The notes under the pieces are model-generated. The model was not told where the DNA came from. It saw only the letters and a list, made by a program, of their open reading frames with translations, and searched no databases. A program made the translations under genes and the position numbers. Source: Synechococcus sp. (GTDB lineage: Bacteria; Cyanobacteriota; Cyanobacteriia; PCC-6307; Cyanobiaceae). From it: a DNA stretch of 64,000 nucleotides. This document shows, piece by piece, positions 19,106-29,601 of this stretch (positions are counted from its first letter, which is position 1; every line of letters begins with the position of its first letter). The stretch lies in contig JBJBCN010000002.1 in assembly GCA_047285805.1 (NCBI GenBank), forward strand, positions 704,001 to 768,000, written 5' to 3'.

Positions 19106-20308
19106 TCAACCCTCGAGCTGTCGCCCCCGCCAGGTCCAGCCACGGCCCGTGGTCGTCTTCCAGATGCTGGCTGGAACAATCGCGGCGATGAGCAGTGCAC
19201 CAAGCCAGCTCAACCACCAATAACGAGTGGGTGTGCCAAAGCGCCAGGCACTCCAAAGACGGATTGCCAAGACGAGGAGCAACGACGTCGTCACGACGGC
19301 CAGGGTGGGCATAGACACAGATCCCAGCAGCAACCACTGCAGCAGCAGGACCACTGCGGAAAGCCAAGGCACAGCGAAGAGCAGGAGCACAACACCAACG
19401 CTCCCAGCCGCTTTGAACCCGTTGCGATCCACCCCAAGAAACCAATTTTTGGTCCAGCCTTCCCAGAGGGCTGTGAAGGTGCGATACATATGCAGATCTA
19501 CCAAATCAACGCCGAGCATGTAACGCAAACGCAACTGTGATTGCTTGATCTTGCGCGCAAGGGCGAGATCTTCGACAACCTCCGAAGCGACTCCGCGGTG
19601 ACCGCCAATGGCTCGATAACTGGAATGGCGAAACAGCATGAACGGACCCGCCGCAAACGCCGTTGGGTCATCCGGATCGTTGCTACGGCGAATCGGGAAA
19701 CCAAGGCCAAGCAACGTGGCCACGATCGGTTGCACCAACCACTCCGCCAGACAACTGCACTCCAGGCGCGGTGCCAGGGTCAACAGATCACTCCTTTGCG
19801 AACACGCCTCCTGCAGGGCCGCTTCAATCACCCCTGGCCGCAGGCGGACATCGGCATCCAAGAAGAGAAACCACTGGCTTGAGAGATCAGCATCAGGCCA
19901 GGACAGGGCCGCGCCGACGCTGGCGGGCCAGTTTTTGCCTGACCACCGCTCGCCCTTAGGCCGGGGACCGGCCTGCACGATGCTCCAACGCAAATCATTG
20001 CGCGGGCAGGCCTCGCGAATCGCGTCGGCCAGGACTTGGGTGTCATCGCTGGAGGCATCGTCGATCACCACGAGCTCAATCGGCCAGTCCGCCGGTGCCG
20101 CCGCGACGATGGCCTGGAGACAGTCCGTGATGTTGTCGTGTTCGTTGTAGGCCGGCACGAGGATCCGCAGCCAGCTGCAACCCTCGGGCCGTTCCTGCGA
20201 GTCACTTGCCCTCAGCCGCGGCGCACGTCCCAGTTGCAGCTCAAGGGCCAACAACAACAGCAGCAAGCAGGCACTGCTGGCGCTCGCCAGCCAAAGGATC
20301 AGCGGCAT
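19106..20308 (-). CDS. GT2 glycosyltransferase (CruG-like carotenoid glycosyltransferase)
   Basis: VPAYNE, DDASSD, WSGKNW, FLDAD, VVEDLAL, EGWTKNW. Confidence 0.8.
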   Translation of the reverse strand: MPLILWLASASSACLLLLLLALELQLGRAPRLRASDSQERPEGCSWLRILVPAYNEHDNITDCLQAIVAAAPADWPIELVVIDDASSDDTQVLADAIREACPRNDLRWSIVQAGPRPKGERWSGKNWPASVGAALSWPDADLSSQWFLFLDADVRLRPGVIEAALQEACSQRSDLLTLAPRLECSCLAEWLVQPIVATLLGLGFPIRRSNDPDDPTAFAAGPFMLFRHSSYRAIGGHRGVASEVVEDLALARKIKQSQLRLRYMLGVDLVDLHMYRTFTALWEGWTKNWFLGVDRNGFKAAGSVGVVLLLFAVPWLSAVVLLLQWLLLGSVSMPTLAVVTTSLLLVLAIRLWSAWRFGTPTRYWWLSWLGALLIAAIVPASIWKTTTGRGWTWRGRQLEG

Positions 20309-21354
20309 AAGGCGCTGGTCAACACCCAACGGTGCAGCTCCAAGGTCGAGCGAATCGAGGCGATCACCTTGCTCTCCGGTGGTTGGTCTAGGGTTCGGCT
20401 CCACTGCTCGAGGCAGTTCGATGCCGCCGAACGAGAGGCGAGATCCAAAGCATCACAGTGCAACTGATCGGCACAAGCCTTGACCTTGGGGTCATAACTC
20501 AAAGCAGAGACGGGTGCACCGGACAGTGCCGCCAGGATCAGGGCGTGCAGACGCATCGCCAGAACCAACCCAGAGGAACGGAACACCGCCATCGCCTCCC
20601 TTGGGTTCTCCGCCTGGAGTTGACGGCTGCGCCGGGATAACGCCTCAGGGATGAGGCCCTCGTTGCGGAAGTGCTCGAGAAGGGAATGGTCCTGTTCGCA
20701 GTGGAAGGGAAGCCAGAGCACCTCGCGATCGGCCTGGGCCGCCAATTGATCAAGCGCTTCGAGATAGGGGATCCAATCGGAACCTTGAAGCAAAGGCGTC
20801 GGACGCCAGCAGACCACGATCGGGCCTCCACGGCCCAGCCACTGCTGTTGGGGCAAGAACCAGACCGCATCACCGGCATCCTTACCATCACAGCCAAGAC
20901 GGCGAGCCAAGGTTGCCGATTCCGGGTCACGCCAACTGAGGGCCGTGGTCAACGACAACAGGAGACGGACCAACGCACGGCTGCGCCGGCGTTTCAACGG
21001 GCCCAAGCCCTGGGCCCAAAGCACGACAGGTTTGCCCTGCAGGCGCGCCGCCATGATCAGAGCGCCGTAATAAAGCAGGCTCTTGAAGCTTGTGCTGTCC
21101 TGCAACAGGCTCCCGCCACCCAAGACCAAGGCCTGACAGGAGCGCAGACGAGCGAGAACCACCTTCAGGTCCCGTCGTTGAACGGTCTCAACGCCATGCA
21201 GCCGTTGAACTTGGCTCTGGTCAAAGGCCGTCACCACAGGGATGAGGGACTGGGGTAGTTCCCCAAGCAACGCCTGCAGCAAGGCGTCATCTCCCAGGTT
21301 GTGTTCGCCGTAGTAGCCGCAGAGCAGAACGGACTGGGGCACAGCACGCAACAC
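20299..21354 (-). CDS. csaB: Polysaccharide pyruvyl transferase
   Basis: GYYGEHNLGDD, GGGSLLQDSTS, MRLHALI, SYDPKV. Confidence 0.9.
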   Translation of the reverse strand: MLRAVPQSVLLCGYYGEHNLGDDALLQALLGELPQSLIPVVTAFDQSQVQRLHGVETVQRRDLKVVLARLRSCQALVLGGGSLLQDSTSFKSLLYYGALIMAARLQGKPVVLWAQGLGPLKRRRSRALVRLLLSLTTALSWRDPESATLARRLGCDGKDAGDAVWFLPQQQWLGRGGPIVVCWRPTPLLQGSDWIPYLEALDQLAAQADREVLWLPFHCEQDHSLLEHFRNEGLIPEALSRRSRQLQAENPREAMAVFRSSGLVLAMRLHALILAALSGAPVSALSYDPKVKACADQLHCDALDLASRSAASNCLEQWSRTLDQPPESKVIASIRSTLELHRWVLTSALCR

Positions 21355-21384
21355 GCATACCCAAGCTTCGCATCGATGCCAGCG

Positions 21385-21585
21385 CTAAGCAGCGGCCACC
21401 AGGCGCTGTCTCAGCAGAGGCAACTCCTCATCGATCCGCTCCCGGGCTAAATCGAGGGAGGAACAGGTGCCAAGGGAGAGGCCGCTGCGGTGGCGAATCT
21501 CAAAACAGTGGCGCTGATCGGGGGGAGCCAACAGCGCAATGCGGCAACCGCGATGAATCCAGGCAGGAGGCTGCTGTGATGTCAC
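21385..21585 (-). CDS. Small hypothetical protein
   Basis: Compact ORF upstream of csaB; GTG start inferred. Confidence 0.5.
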   Translation of the reverse strand: MTSQQPPAWIHRGCRIALLAPPDQRHCFEIRHRSGLSLGTCSSLDLARERIDEELPLLRQRLVAAA

Positions 21586-21658
21586 GGATGAATCGAATGG
21601 ATCAAGTCCACTAGAGCGTTCACAGGACCAGTGATCAAGTTGCGGCCCGGAAGAAATC

Positions 21659-21853
21659 TCAAAGATTGGGAAGAAGTGCGGAGAGTTGCTCCTGAAATCC
21701 GCCCTTCGGCATGCCACCTTTGATCTCCCCTTTAAGGCTGAACTCGCCTTCTGGGTCTTCGACAACGAGGTAAGTCGGCCAGCCCATTCCTTCTTTCTTG
21801 GGGTACTGCGCCAACAGAACCTTGCGGTATTTCCGGTAGGTCTCCGTGTCCTG
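21659..21853 (-). pseudogene. Displaced 3' fragment of the thioredoxin-like gene (island 1 left att)
   Basis: Encodes QDTETYRKYRKVLL..., nearly identical to the C-terminus of 30399-30701; no 5' part. Confidence 0.9.
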
Positions 21854-21964
21854 GCGTAGATGCGTCAACTTCCGAGAACCCGCTCCACGACTTCAGCTGC
21901 ACTGCAGCGGTTCTCGCTAGTTAGCTTTCCATAACGATCCGTATAGTCCAGACTAGGCACAGGC

Positions 21965-22315
21965 TTGGCACAGCCAGGGACCAAGAACCAGCGCGCTTTC
22001 AAAAAGCTGCTCGATAAGGCGAATGATCGCCTTGCTGGTGGGAAGCGGAAAGTACGAATAAATCTGCCTTCATTGAGCCACCGGACGTTATTTCTCAGAG
22101 CGACGCTTCCGCCGAAACCTGGAGAGCCGCCACGGGGCAACACACAGCAACGAATCCAGATCCCTTGCGAGGCATCTGCGCCAGGGTTGATCGAAGCGGA
22201 GAAACTCGCAATTCAGCTTGACGCAAGCAGCATTGCGACTGACAAAAGTGACCAATGCCACCAACCAATCGTTCATGCGCCGACTAAATCAGCCCGACTA
22301 ATGCCCTATGCCTGA
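21965..22315 (+). pseudogene. N-terminal remnant of a cyanobacterial tyrosine integrase
   Basis: ANDRL..LFLRATLPPKPG..QQRI..GLIEAEKLA resembles integrase N-termini; no catalytic domain; abuts att. Confidence 0.65.
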
Positions 22316-22349
22316 GATGGTGCCAGGTATTGGGTGCTGATTTGTTGGC

Positions 22350-23411
22350 TTATTGGTGTGATTGTAGAAATAAAAAGCCCTTGCGTTTACAAGGGCTTTG
22401 GGTGGTTAGCCTACAAAACAGGTCTTCCCCTGATGGGTCTCTACGGTGTCTTTTTCGTGGTGGGTGTTGGCGCAAATCGTGCACCCGCACATCCCTATTA
22501 CTTAGCGTTGAGGTTAGGGCACTAACAGCGGCATTGGTTTTCAGTGTTTCTTTGCCAGGACCGCCATTGGTCTGGAAGCGCCACTTGATGTCTGCGGAGA
22601 AGCGTGACTTGAAGGCACTGTCATAAGAGAGGTTGGTGCCAACCGTTAGTCCGTTGTTGATGGCATAAGCGAGGCGACGCAAGACACCAGAGCCATCGGC
22701 TGCCCCTGCATCACCGTTTTGGTAGTAGTAACCAACAGATGCTCTTAGTGCTGGCGTCAGGTTGTAACCCGCATCTAAGCCATAGGTGTCTAGTGCACCG
22801 CCTTCATAGACGGTGTTGAGCTGGGAGTTGGTGGTGCCAGTGGGAAGGAGCGCATAGGCATTGAATGCCCACTTATCGCTCACCGCTTATGCATTGATGG
22901 CAGCCTGCTGGAAGAAGGCGGTGCGTGTGGCATAGACAGGGATGCCTGTATCCGCAGGACCCTTGCTCAAAGTGCAGGTGTCATAGCCCGCATTCAGTCG
23001 ATACATCCAACTGCGATCACCATTGAGCCAGCGATAGACCAAGCGAGATGAGGTGGAGATGGTGGTGCCAGCAACGGTGGTGTTGATGATGCTGCTGCTA
23101 TTACCCCAGTCCGAGAAGTTGGCATTCGCCAAGACATCAGCAAAGAAGACGCTGTTGCTGCCGACCACCATTGGAAGGAAGCCACACAGACCGGCTTGGT
23201 TGGGAGTGCCAGCGGCTTGCGTTTGCGCATGGATGCCGACCTGAGGTTTGACTAAGTCCTTGAGCTGAATGCTCATCACGCCCAAGTCACTGGCGCTGCT
23301 GTGCCCATCAGCTTTTGCAGGGAGAGTGGCGACTGCCAATGCAGATGCCATCACCCAATCGACAAGGTCCGCAACATCAGCACTGGTTTGTAGTTCCGCC
23401 GACGTTGCCAT
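22350..23411 (-). pseudogene. Outer-membrane beta-barrel-like (inverse-autotransporter-like) protein, disrupted
   Basis: Two same-frame ORFs split by TAA at 22887; probable frameshift in the signal peptide near 23350; beta-strand rich (NAGYD, GYYYQ, SYDSAF). Confidence 0.65.
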
Positions 23412-23720
23412 ATGGAGAGCGCCGGTCTACTAGTCCTCAGTAAGCCGAAACGATGAGGGGATGGGGGAGCTATTGCACTCCCGCGCACGGACGCGCTGTC
23501 TTCAGTGCGCCTCCAGCTCGGTGATAGCGCTAGTGGCCTCAAAGGATCAACAAGGAGGGCGACCTGCCTGGCTATGTGGGCTAGAGACTTTTCCTACATC
23601 ACCCCCACCAGGGGCTTAGAGGAGTTTTCCCACATGGGCTAAGTAGACGTACCGATTGCAACGGCTACCGGTGCCGGCAGAATCAAGGCATCCGGGACGA
23701 ATCCTGGGTAGGGAGATCTA

Positions 23721-23749
23721 GACCGCGGAGAAGCCACCGCGGTTTTTTT
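23721..23749 (+). terminator. Intrinsic terminator
   Basis: ACCGCGG/CCGCGGT stem followed by a T-run. Confidence 0.7.
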
Positions 23750-23764
23750 ATGTCTACGGAAAAC

Positions 23765-24067
23765 TCAGTGCCCGGCGTGATCGCCTTCCTCGACGATGGA
23801 AACACTGACATTGCTGTGCGGCTCGCGGAGCGTTATCAGTTCCTGGTATTCAGTGGCGTCATAGGCAGCTTTCGCAGCAGCCAGGCTCTCGAATTCGATG
23901 ATCACGGTCAGATGGCCAGGGTTGCCTTCTCGAACATCAGTGTTCAGCTCTCGAACAAGGAAGCGTGCTCCGCATTTGGCGAGATAGGAGCCTGCAGCTT
24001 CGATGTAAGGCCCCATCCCTTCTGGGTTGGTGATTGAGCCCGCGACGTTCCAGTAGGCCTTGGCCAT
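23765..24067 (-). CDS. DUF1330 family protein
   Basis: Family pattern REG..VIIEFESLAAAKAAYDATEYQ..R..IVE. Confidence 0.85.
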   Translation of the reverse strand: MAKAYWNVAGSITNPEGMGPYIEAAGSYLAKCGARFLVRELNTDVREGNPGHLTVIIEFESLAAAKAAYDATEYQELITLREPHSNVSVSIVEEGDHAGH

Positions 24068-24148
24068 TTCCTTTTAGAAGCTCAGAGGATCCTTACACGC
24101 ATCTTTTGGATCAGATTCAGCCTTCCTGCCCGATAGGAGATCCGCAGG

Positions 24149-24850
24149 ACAGTTCGCGGGCGGCAGGGAGTGTTGAGGTGGGGGCGACTGCGTCAGGCAG
24201 CGCCCCCGTAAGGATTACGCGTAGATTTTGGCGATCAGCGGACCAGCTTCTTCGTCAGAGAGAACCGGAGTCACTTCCCAATCCAGGCACTCAGCCCACT
24301 CAGCCGCATGCTCGTAGCAAGCAGATGCATCATCCGCCTCAACAAGAATCCAACCTTGTACCGATCCAGGTGCGTGGAAGCGTTTCCAGGACTTGCACGC
24401 CGGGAAAGGAGCACCTGTCGCCATGAACTTTTTGGCGGCAATTTCGTGATAGCCGGTCTTGAAAGACCAGTGCATCAAAAAGGTCATGGAAAATTTGCTA
24501 ACCCACGCACAGTGACCGCAACGAAGTGAATCCATGCGTGTTAACCGCTACTGGCAAGCGTTTGCCTCTGGACCAACAGCTGCCCTAGCCACAGCTCGCG
24601 GCGGGGAATGTTGAGGAGGGGGGCTCCCGTATTGCCCCCCCTCCTGTATGAGAGAGAACCTTCTGCCCAGCACGAGCAGAAAGCCGTCGTGTTTTCCCTC
24701 CCCAAAACGGTATGAAGAGCGCATGTAAACGCCGGTTCTCGTAATCACTCCGATGGCATCTTTCAGTTACCAGCGTTTGTGCCCAACCAACATCTCCCCG
24801 ACTCACGGCTCAGTAACGCGGAGTGTTGTGGGGGAGCTTGGCACTCCCCC
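24149..24850. repeat. Three copies of a CAG..CGCG..GGARTGTTG + GC-hairpin motif
   Basis: Copies at 24149-24207, 24591-24644 and 24811-24850. Confidence 0.7.
24215..24487 (-). CDS. DUF3303 family protein
   Basis: MTFLMHW..RFHAPGS..HAAEW..EVTPVLSDEEA. Confidence 0.85.
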   Translation of the reverse strand: MTFLMHWSFKTGYHEIAAKKFMATGAPFPACKSWKRFHAPGSVQGWILVEADDASACYEHAAEWAECLDWEVTPVLSDEEAGPLIAKIYA

Positions 24851-25400
24851 GTCTCGGACAACGACCTATGCACCGGTCGCTACCCCAGCTGTTATGGCTC
24901 TGGTCGACTCAGGAATGCAAGGGGCACCATGGAGGCACGACCAGCGGTCTAAACACCTGACTTACTGACCAGGAGCTGGCGGTCGAGTTCCGCTGGACAC
25001 TTCTCACCCGCTGGGGCGTAGGTGGCTTCAACGGGTAAGAGGTCGAGGGTGACGACTTCACCTGCAAGTGCGACCTATGCCGCAGGAACCGCCCCACCGC
25101 CTGGGGAAAGAAACATAGCTGATGGGATTCCTTGCTTTTCTTTTGGGCGCTAACCCAACCGTGACCGGAACGCCAGGATTCAAGTCGCCGACATGCCGGG
25201 CAGCTCACTGGGAGATTTGGAAATCACAGCGAACTGACCGGTGTTACGGGCTATCTCCGCCACGATTTCCTTCGGTGTTGCATACGTAGGGCCAAAGCAA
25301 GCAGTCCGAGAAAAGGCAGTGCTAGTCCAGTACTGAAGGACGGACGCGACTGTCGACGCCACTGCAAGTCGAATGGCTCAACGGGATACGCTGATGCTGC

Positions 25401-25414
25401 GTAGCGGTTGCTAC
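25401..25414. promoter_or_regulatory. NtcA-type palindrome
   Basis: GTAGCGGTTGCTAC. Confidence 0.4.
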
Positions 25415-26326
25415 TGTTTGCGGACGTTCGTTCCTCCCCTTGGGGAATGCATGATTTGGCAGCGAGGAACGGGGCTGTCATTTCGAGGCTCATGCCATGA
25501 ATACACTCGCCCTCATTCGCGCCAAAATTCTCAAGGCCAAGCGTCTTGAGGAGGCTCAACTGGCCGGACTGAATCGCACCATGCTTCCTATCTTCTGATC
25601 GCAACTGCGTGAGCTCAAAGCGTCGTGCTGGGTCGCTTTTTTGGGCTTAACCGGGACTAGGGCAGCCCTTTCTGCGTCCATTGAGCGCAAGACGCAACCG
25701 CAATTACGACGCATTAAGGAAGGCCGCCTCTCCCCGGTGGAAGAGGCGGCCTACCTAGGTCGTTCATGCATGGGATACACCCATTTCTTGATGGACGAAA
25801 GATGGGTTCGGAGCTGCGGAGGGATGGCACCTGGGGCCATTGGTCCAGGTGTTGAGCGGTTGTCTCCGGAAGGGCACCTTGGACGATGCGGGTTGGAGTG
25901 TCGACAGTTCAGGCGTACAGATCAATGCCCGAACTGACGACCCACTCACGTCTTCAAAAGACTGTTGGAGCAGGGGCCATCAGTCAGCTCGCTCCTGCTG
26001 AAGCCTCAGGTGGAGTGTCGTTCATAAACGCCCCCGAAATCGATGCCAACACCATGCCCGCATAAGCGGCTTCTGGGCATCAGCCTTTTTGCGCATTGCC
26101 TTTCGAGGCCGATCGTCCGATAGTCAGGAAAGCGTGCCTGTGGTTGGAAGCCGCTAAGAGGCTCCACTCATCAGACGCCCTGAAGCTTCGCGGCGGTGCA
26201 TGACGCGATCGCCTGACTCTCTTGAAGGGGACTGGTTTTTCAGTGCATGAGGCAGCCTTCGGGTCGCCTTTTCTCTTGCCCCTTGGCATCCACCATGGGC
26301 ATTCTGGCTGCAGCCGCTTATAGGCC

Positions 26327-26527
26327 TTGCTTCGTCTGCTCATCGGGATCGGAGTCACCCTGCTTCCTCTGCAGTTGTGGTCGCACCCAAAGGGCATGTA
26401 TCCATCACAAGCGGCAGCGGCTAAGAGAGCTCAAGAGCTTGGATGCGAAGGAACTCATATGAATGAAGGGAAATGGATGCCATGCCTTGACGAGGCCTCG
26501 CTCCACCAAGCATTGCGAAAACAGTGA
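26327..26527 (+). CDS. DUF3721 family secreted small protein
   Basis: AAKRAQELGCEGTH..KWMPC. Confidence 0.8.
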   Translation: MLRLLIGIGVTLLPLQLWSHPKGMYPSQAAAAKRAQELGCEGTHMNEGKWMPCLDEASLHQALRKQ

Positions 26528-26769
26528 ATCTTCGACGCACCCATCGAGTGATCGTGCCTGTAGCAGCCGTACCACTCCTTGTTATTTCCCTTTCAGGCTC
26601 GGTCTACAGCGGCTTGCTTGATCAAGGAATCGATGCCTTCTGGCTGTTAAGGCTGCATACCGGCCGGCTCGGACCAATTAATTTGCAGCCCTACTACTCA
26701 GTGATTCTTGGCCTATTGCCAATTGCATTGATTGCCTCTGGTGTATCACTATTGCTACCTAAAGGATGA
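26524..26769 (+). CDS. PepSY-associated-like small membrane protein
   Basis: LRRTHR..PLL..SG..WLLRLHTG; two TM helices; overlaps the upstream stop. Confidence 0.7.
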   Translation: MNLRRTHRVIVPVAAVPLLVISLSGSVYSGLLDQGIDAFWLLRLHTGRLGPINLQPYYSVILGLLPIALIASGVSLLLPKG

Positions 26770-27022
26770 AGTCCAAGAAGTTCTACGTAGACGAAGGTCG
26801 CTTGAGTTGGGTCCTTCCATCCTTGACGAAGAAAAAGACAAAGTCGACCTAACGCAATGCTGATTACGCCCGAATCAGTCGTACTTAAGGGAGAGGTCTT
26901 CAGCGATGCGACTCGGATCGAGGGTCTGGACAGACCTGGCTGGACAAGGTTTCACACGTTGCAATATCACTGGCACAAAATACACTCCGGCCTCAGAAAG
27001 AACGTCGGAAGGGGTATTGGTA

Positions 27023-27117
27023 GGCGACTGGGGGAACCCAGCCACCACCACACGGATCGAGGAGTTCACGTCTCGTCCTCTGGAGTTATGGCAACGCCTA
27101 CGAAATGAGGCAACAGC
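27023..27117 (+). repeat. Island-shared structured repeat, copy A
   Basis: 85/95 identical to the reverse complement of 59939-60033. Confidence 0.85.
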
Positions 27118-27198
27118 GCTCCGGCCGCAGAACTCTCGGCTTTTTCCGTAGCTTGTTTCGACTGGTTGGGGCAGAATAATCCCAGCATCTCAACCTGG

Positions 27199-27657
27199 AT
27201 GAAGCGCCTTCTCGCATTCGGCACCATTGCCCTGACATTAGCTGCATGTAGTGCTAATCAAAAACCCCAAACGTCGCCCAATTCAACGAAACCTGAGATT
27301 CAGGAGGTCTTTAGTAGTGCTGAGACTTTGAATGGAACTGCTCTTAAGTACCCCTCAGGCAAACCAGAGCTGCGCCTCTACCGAGTTGAAATTCCTGCTG
27401 GAGGGAAGATTCCTCTCCATACTCACCCTGCTCCAATGATGGTTTATGTGCAAGGTGTCAGATCTGGTTCATTACTCAACACTCGAGTTCAGCCTGACGG
27501 GACTGAAGTTAAAACTGTTTTCAAGCCAGGTGAGGCATTTGTCGAAGGTGCCAATGAGCCTCATTACGTCGAGAATGTCGGCAAAGAGCCAACAATCGTT
27601 TGGGTAACAGCTGCTTCGGTCGAAGGCATGCCTACAACAGAGTTCATTGTCGAATGA
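27199..27657 (+). CDS. Cupin-domain lipoprotein
   Basis: Lipobox LAAC; IPLHTHP; EPHYVEN. Confidence 0.85.
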   Translation: MKRLLAFGTIALTLAACSANQKPQTSPNSTKPEIQEVFSSAETLNGTALKYPSGKPELRLYRVEIPAGGKIPLHTHPAPMMVYVQGVRSGSLLNTRVQPDGTEVKTVFKPGEAFVEGANEPHYVENVGKEPTIVWVTAASVEGMPTTEFIVE

Positions 27658-27693
27658 TTTCGACTTAGGTTGGCTGGGCTTGCGCAGGGCCTA

Positions 27694-28073
27694 CTACGGG
27701 CGCTTTTGGGGCTGAGCTGACATTCCGATGAGATTGTCGAGCTCGGCGATGCAAGCAACCATTGAGCTGGGTTGATTGGTCGCCAAGCTCTGTTGGGCAC
27801 CCTCCATCGACAGCCAGATGCACTGGGTCACGATCGCGGGGCGGTCGCACTCGCTGACCTCGAAGTCTTGCTTCAACAGGGCGTAAGCCTTCTTGACTGC
27901 GCGCTGGGCTGTGCGCCTGCTGCAGAAAGCACCCCCACCCCGCCGCCAGACGCGACCCAACGACACTGGGGCTGTTCCCGCGGCTGAGTAGGTCTAGAGC
28001 GGCTTCTACGCGGTAATTTAGTGCGGATTCATTGGTCTCTCCAGAGCCAGAGGAGGAGATTTCTGTAGGCATG
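27694..28073 (-). pseudogene. Frameshifted HTH-like island protein
   Basis: RVEAALDLLSRG..LAAGWGC continues in another frame as SRRTAQRAVKKAY. Confidence 0.5.
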
Positions 28074-28259
28074 AGCAAGCCCGACACCAGGTAGTGGTGT
28101 GAGCTGCTGGCTCATCTCTCTAGTGGTGTCGGTGTGTTCTGCTACCTCCATTGTTTCAGCAAGAGCGTTGGCAGCAATGACAAGTTGAGGTGAAATCACG
28201 ATTACAGCTCTTGCTCATGACTGGCGCGTCTAAGTCCATATGGACAAGATGGGCTTGTA

Positions 28260-29024
28260 GTGCCAAGCAATGCAGTGCTCCTACTTCGAGAAAAGATCTT
28301 TCGTTGGTTAGGGGAAGAAGAGAAGAACAGGACGACGAATCTTGGGAAAGCAATCGGTCTGGTGATCGTCTTTTCAGTTGGGCTCGCTGTTATTGCTACT
28401 GAGCCAATAGCACGAGACTCTTATGGCAGTCTACTGATAAAGCTTGATATAGCAGTTGCAGTGCTGTTTCTGGCTGAATACATCGTTAGGCTCTGGGTAG
28501 CCCCATTGAGAAAGGACGCCAGAGGAGGGGTAAGGGGTGCACTGGATTACGCGCTGACTCCTCTCGCCATTCTTGACCTGCTTGCAATTGCACCGACCAT
28601 TTTGGGTTTTGTGACTCCGGAGCTCTATCTTCTGCGAATCCTTCGCCTGGTACGAATAGGTCGCATTGGGCGCTCCAAGAGATTCAGGAAGAGTGTCAAG
28701 CACTTCAATCGAGCAATCGCATCAAAGAAGGAGGAATTACAGATCTCTGCTGTCTACACCGGAATCGTAATGTTTGTTAGTAGTGTTTTGATGTTTGTTG
28801 CGGAAGGGTCTGTCCAGCAAGAGCAGTTTGGATCGATCCCACGGTGCCTGTGGTGGTCAATTGTGACTGTGACAACCGTCGGCTATGGAGATGTTTATCC
28901 AGTTACGTTCTTTGGACGTGTTATCGCGGCATTGACTGCAATCTGCGGTGTTGCAGCGATCGCCATACCAATCGGGATTATTTCTGCAGGATTTACTGAG
29001 TCTCTCGGCTCCGAAAAGTCTTAA
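28260..29024 (+). CDS. Voltage-gated-type potassium channel
   Basis: S4-like LRILRLVRIGR; selectivity filter TVTTVGYGD. Confidence 0.92.
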   Translation: MPSNAVLLLREKIFRWLGEEEKNRTTNLGKAIGLVIVFSVGLAVIATEPIARDSYGSLLIKLDIAVAVLFLAEYIVRLWVAPLRKDARGGVRGALDYALTPLAILDLLAIAPTILGFVTPELYLLRILRLVRIGRIGRSKRFRKSVKHFNRAIASKKEELQISAVYTGIVMFVSSVLMFVAEGSVQQEQFGSIPRCLWWSIVTVTTVGYGDVYPVTFFGRVIAALTAICGVAAIAIPIGIISAGFTESLGSEKS

Positions 29025-29232
29025 AGAAGATTCTCGAATCCCTGCAGGGCATCAAAGAATTTCTCTGCGCACCTGGCATTAATGAACATGTATTTCTCGT
29101 AAAACCCTGACCGTGACCTGAGGGTGATTTCGCCAAAACTCATCAGCGGGAGCTGCCGATTATCGGTGTAACACTTGTCGCTGCCCCTTGAGCGCGTTAA
29201 AAAAGTCAGAGAAGTCCAACAACCCAAAACAG

Positions 29233-29598
29233 ATGCTTACTGATCAAGAACTGCTCGCCAAGGTCAAGGAGTTGGGTGATGCTCCAAAGACTGAGCTGGC
29301 AACCGCATGTGGATACGTCTCCAAGAAGAAGGACGGTTCAGACCGGGTGAACTTCACTGCCTTCTACGAGGCGCTCCTGAACGCGAAAGGCATTGACCTA
29401 GGCAATGGAGGCAAGAGTGTCGGGAAGGGAGGCAGGAAGCTTTCCTACACCGCAAAGGTTCAGTTCAACGGCAACCTGATGATCGGCAAGGCATACACCG
29501 CCATGCTCGACCTGAAACCAGGCGACGACTTTGAAATCAAATTGGGCAGGAAGTCGATCCGACTGATTCCTGTCGGTAGTTCTGAAGAAGAGGAGTAG
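29233..29598 (+). CDS. Cyanobacterial AbrB-like (cyAbrB) transcriptional regulator
   Basis: ACGYV..FTAFYEALLNAKG..GRKLSY..NGNLMIGKAYT..FEIKLGRK. Confidence 0.92.
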   Translation: MLTDQELLAKVKELGDAPKTELATACGYVSKKKDGSDRVNFTAFYEALLNAKGIDLGNGGKSVGKGGRKLSYTAKVQFNGNLMIGKAYTAMLDLKPGDDFEIKLGRKSIRLIPVGSSEEEE

Positions 29599-29601
29599 GG
29601 A

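Noticed and set aside
23588..23636. TTTTCCTACAT / TTTTCCCACAT pair resembling DnaA boxes
   Set aside because: Neither matches TTTTCCACA; only two copies and no origin context
24900..26300. Several 60-117 aa ORFs, one ending in a hydrophobic stretch plus basic tail (25251-25604)
   Set aside because: No recognisable family or consistent start signals; probably decayed island DNA
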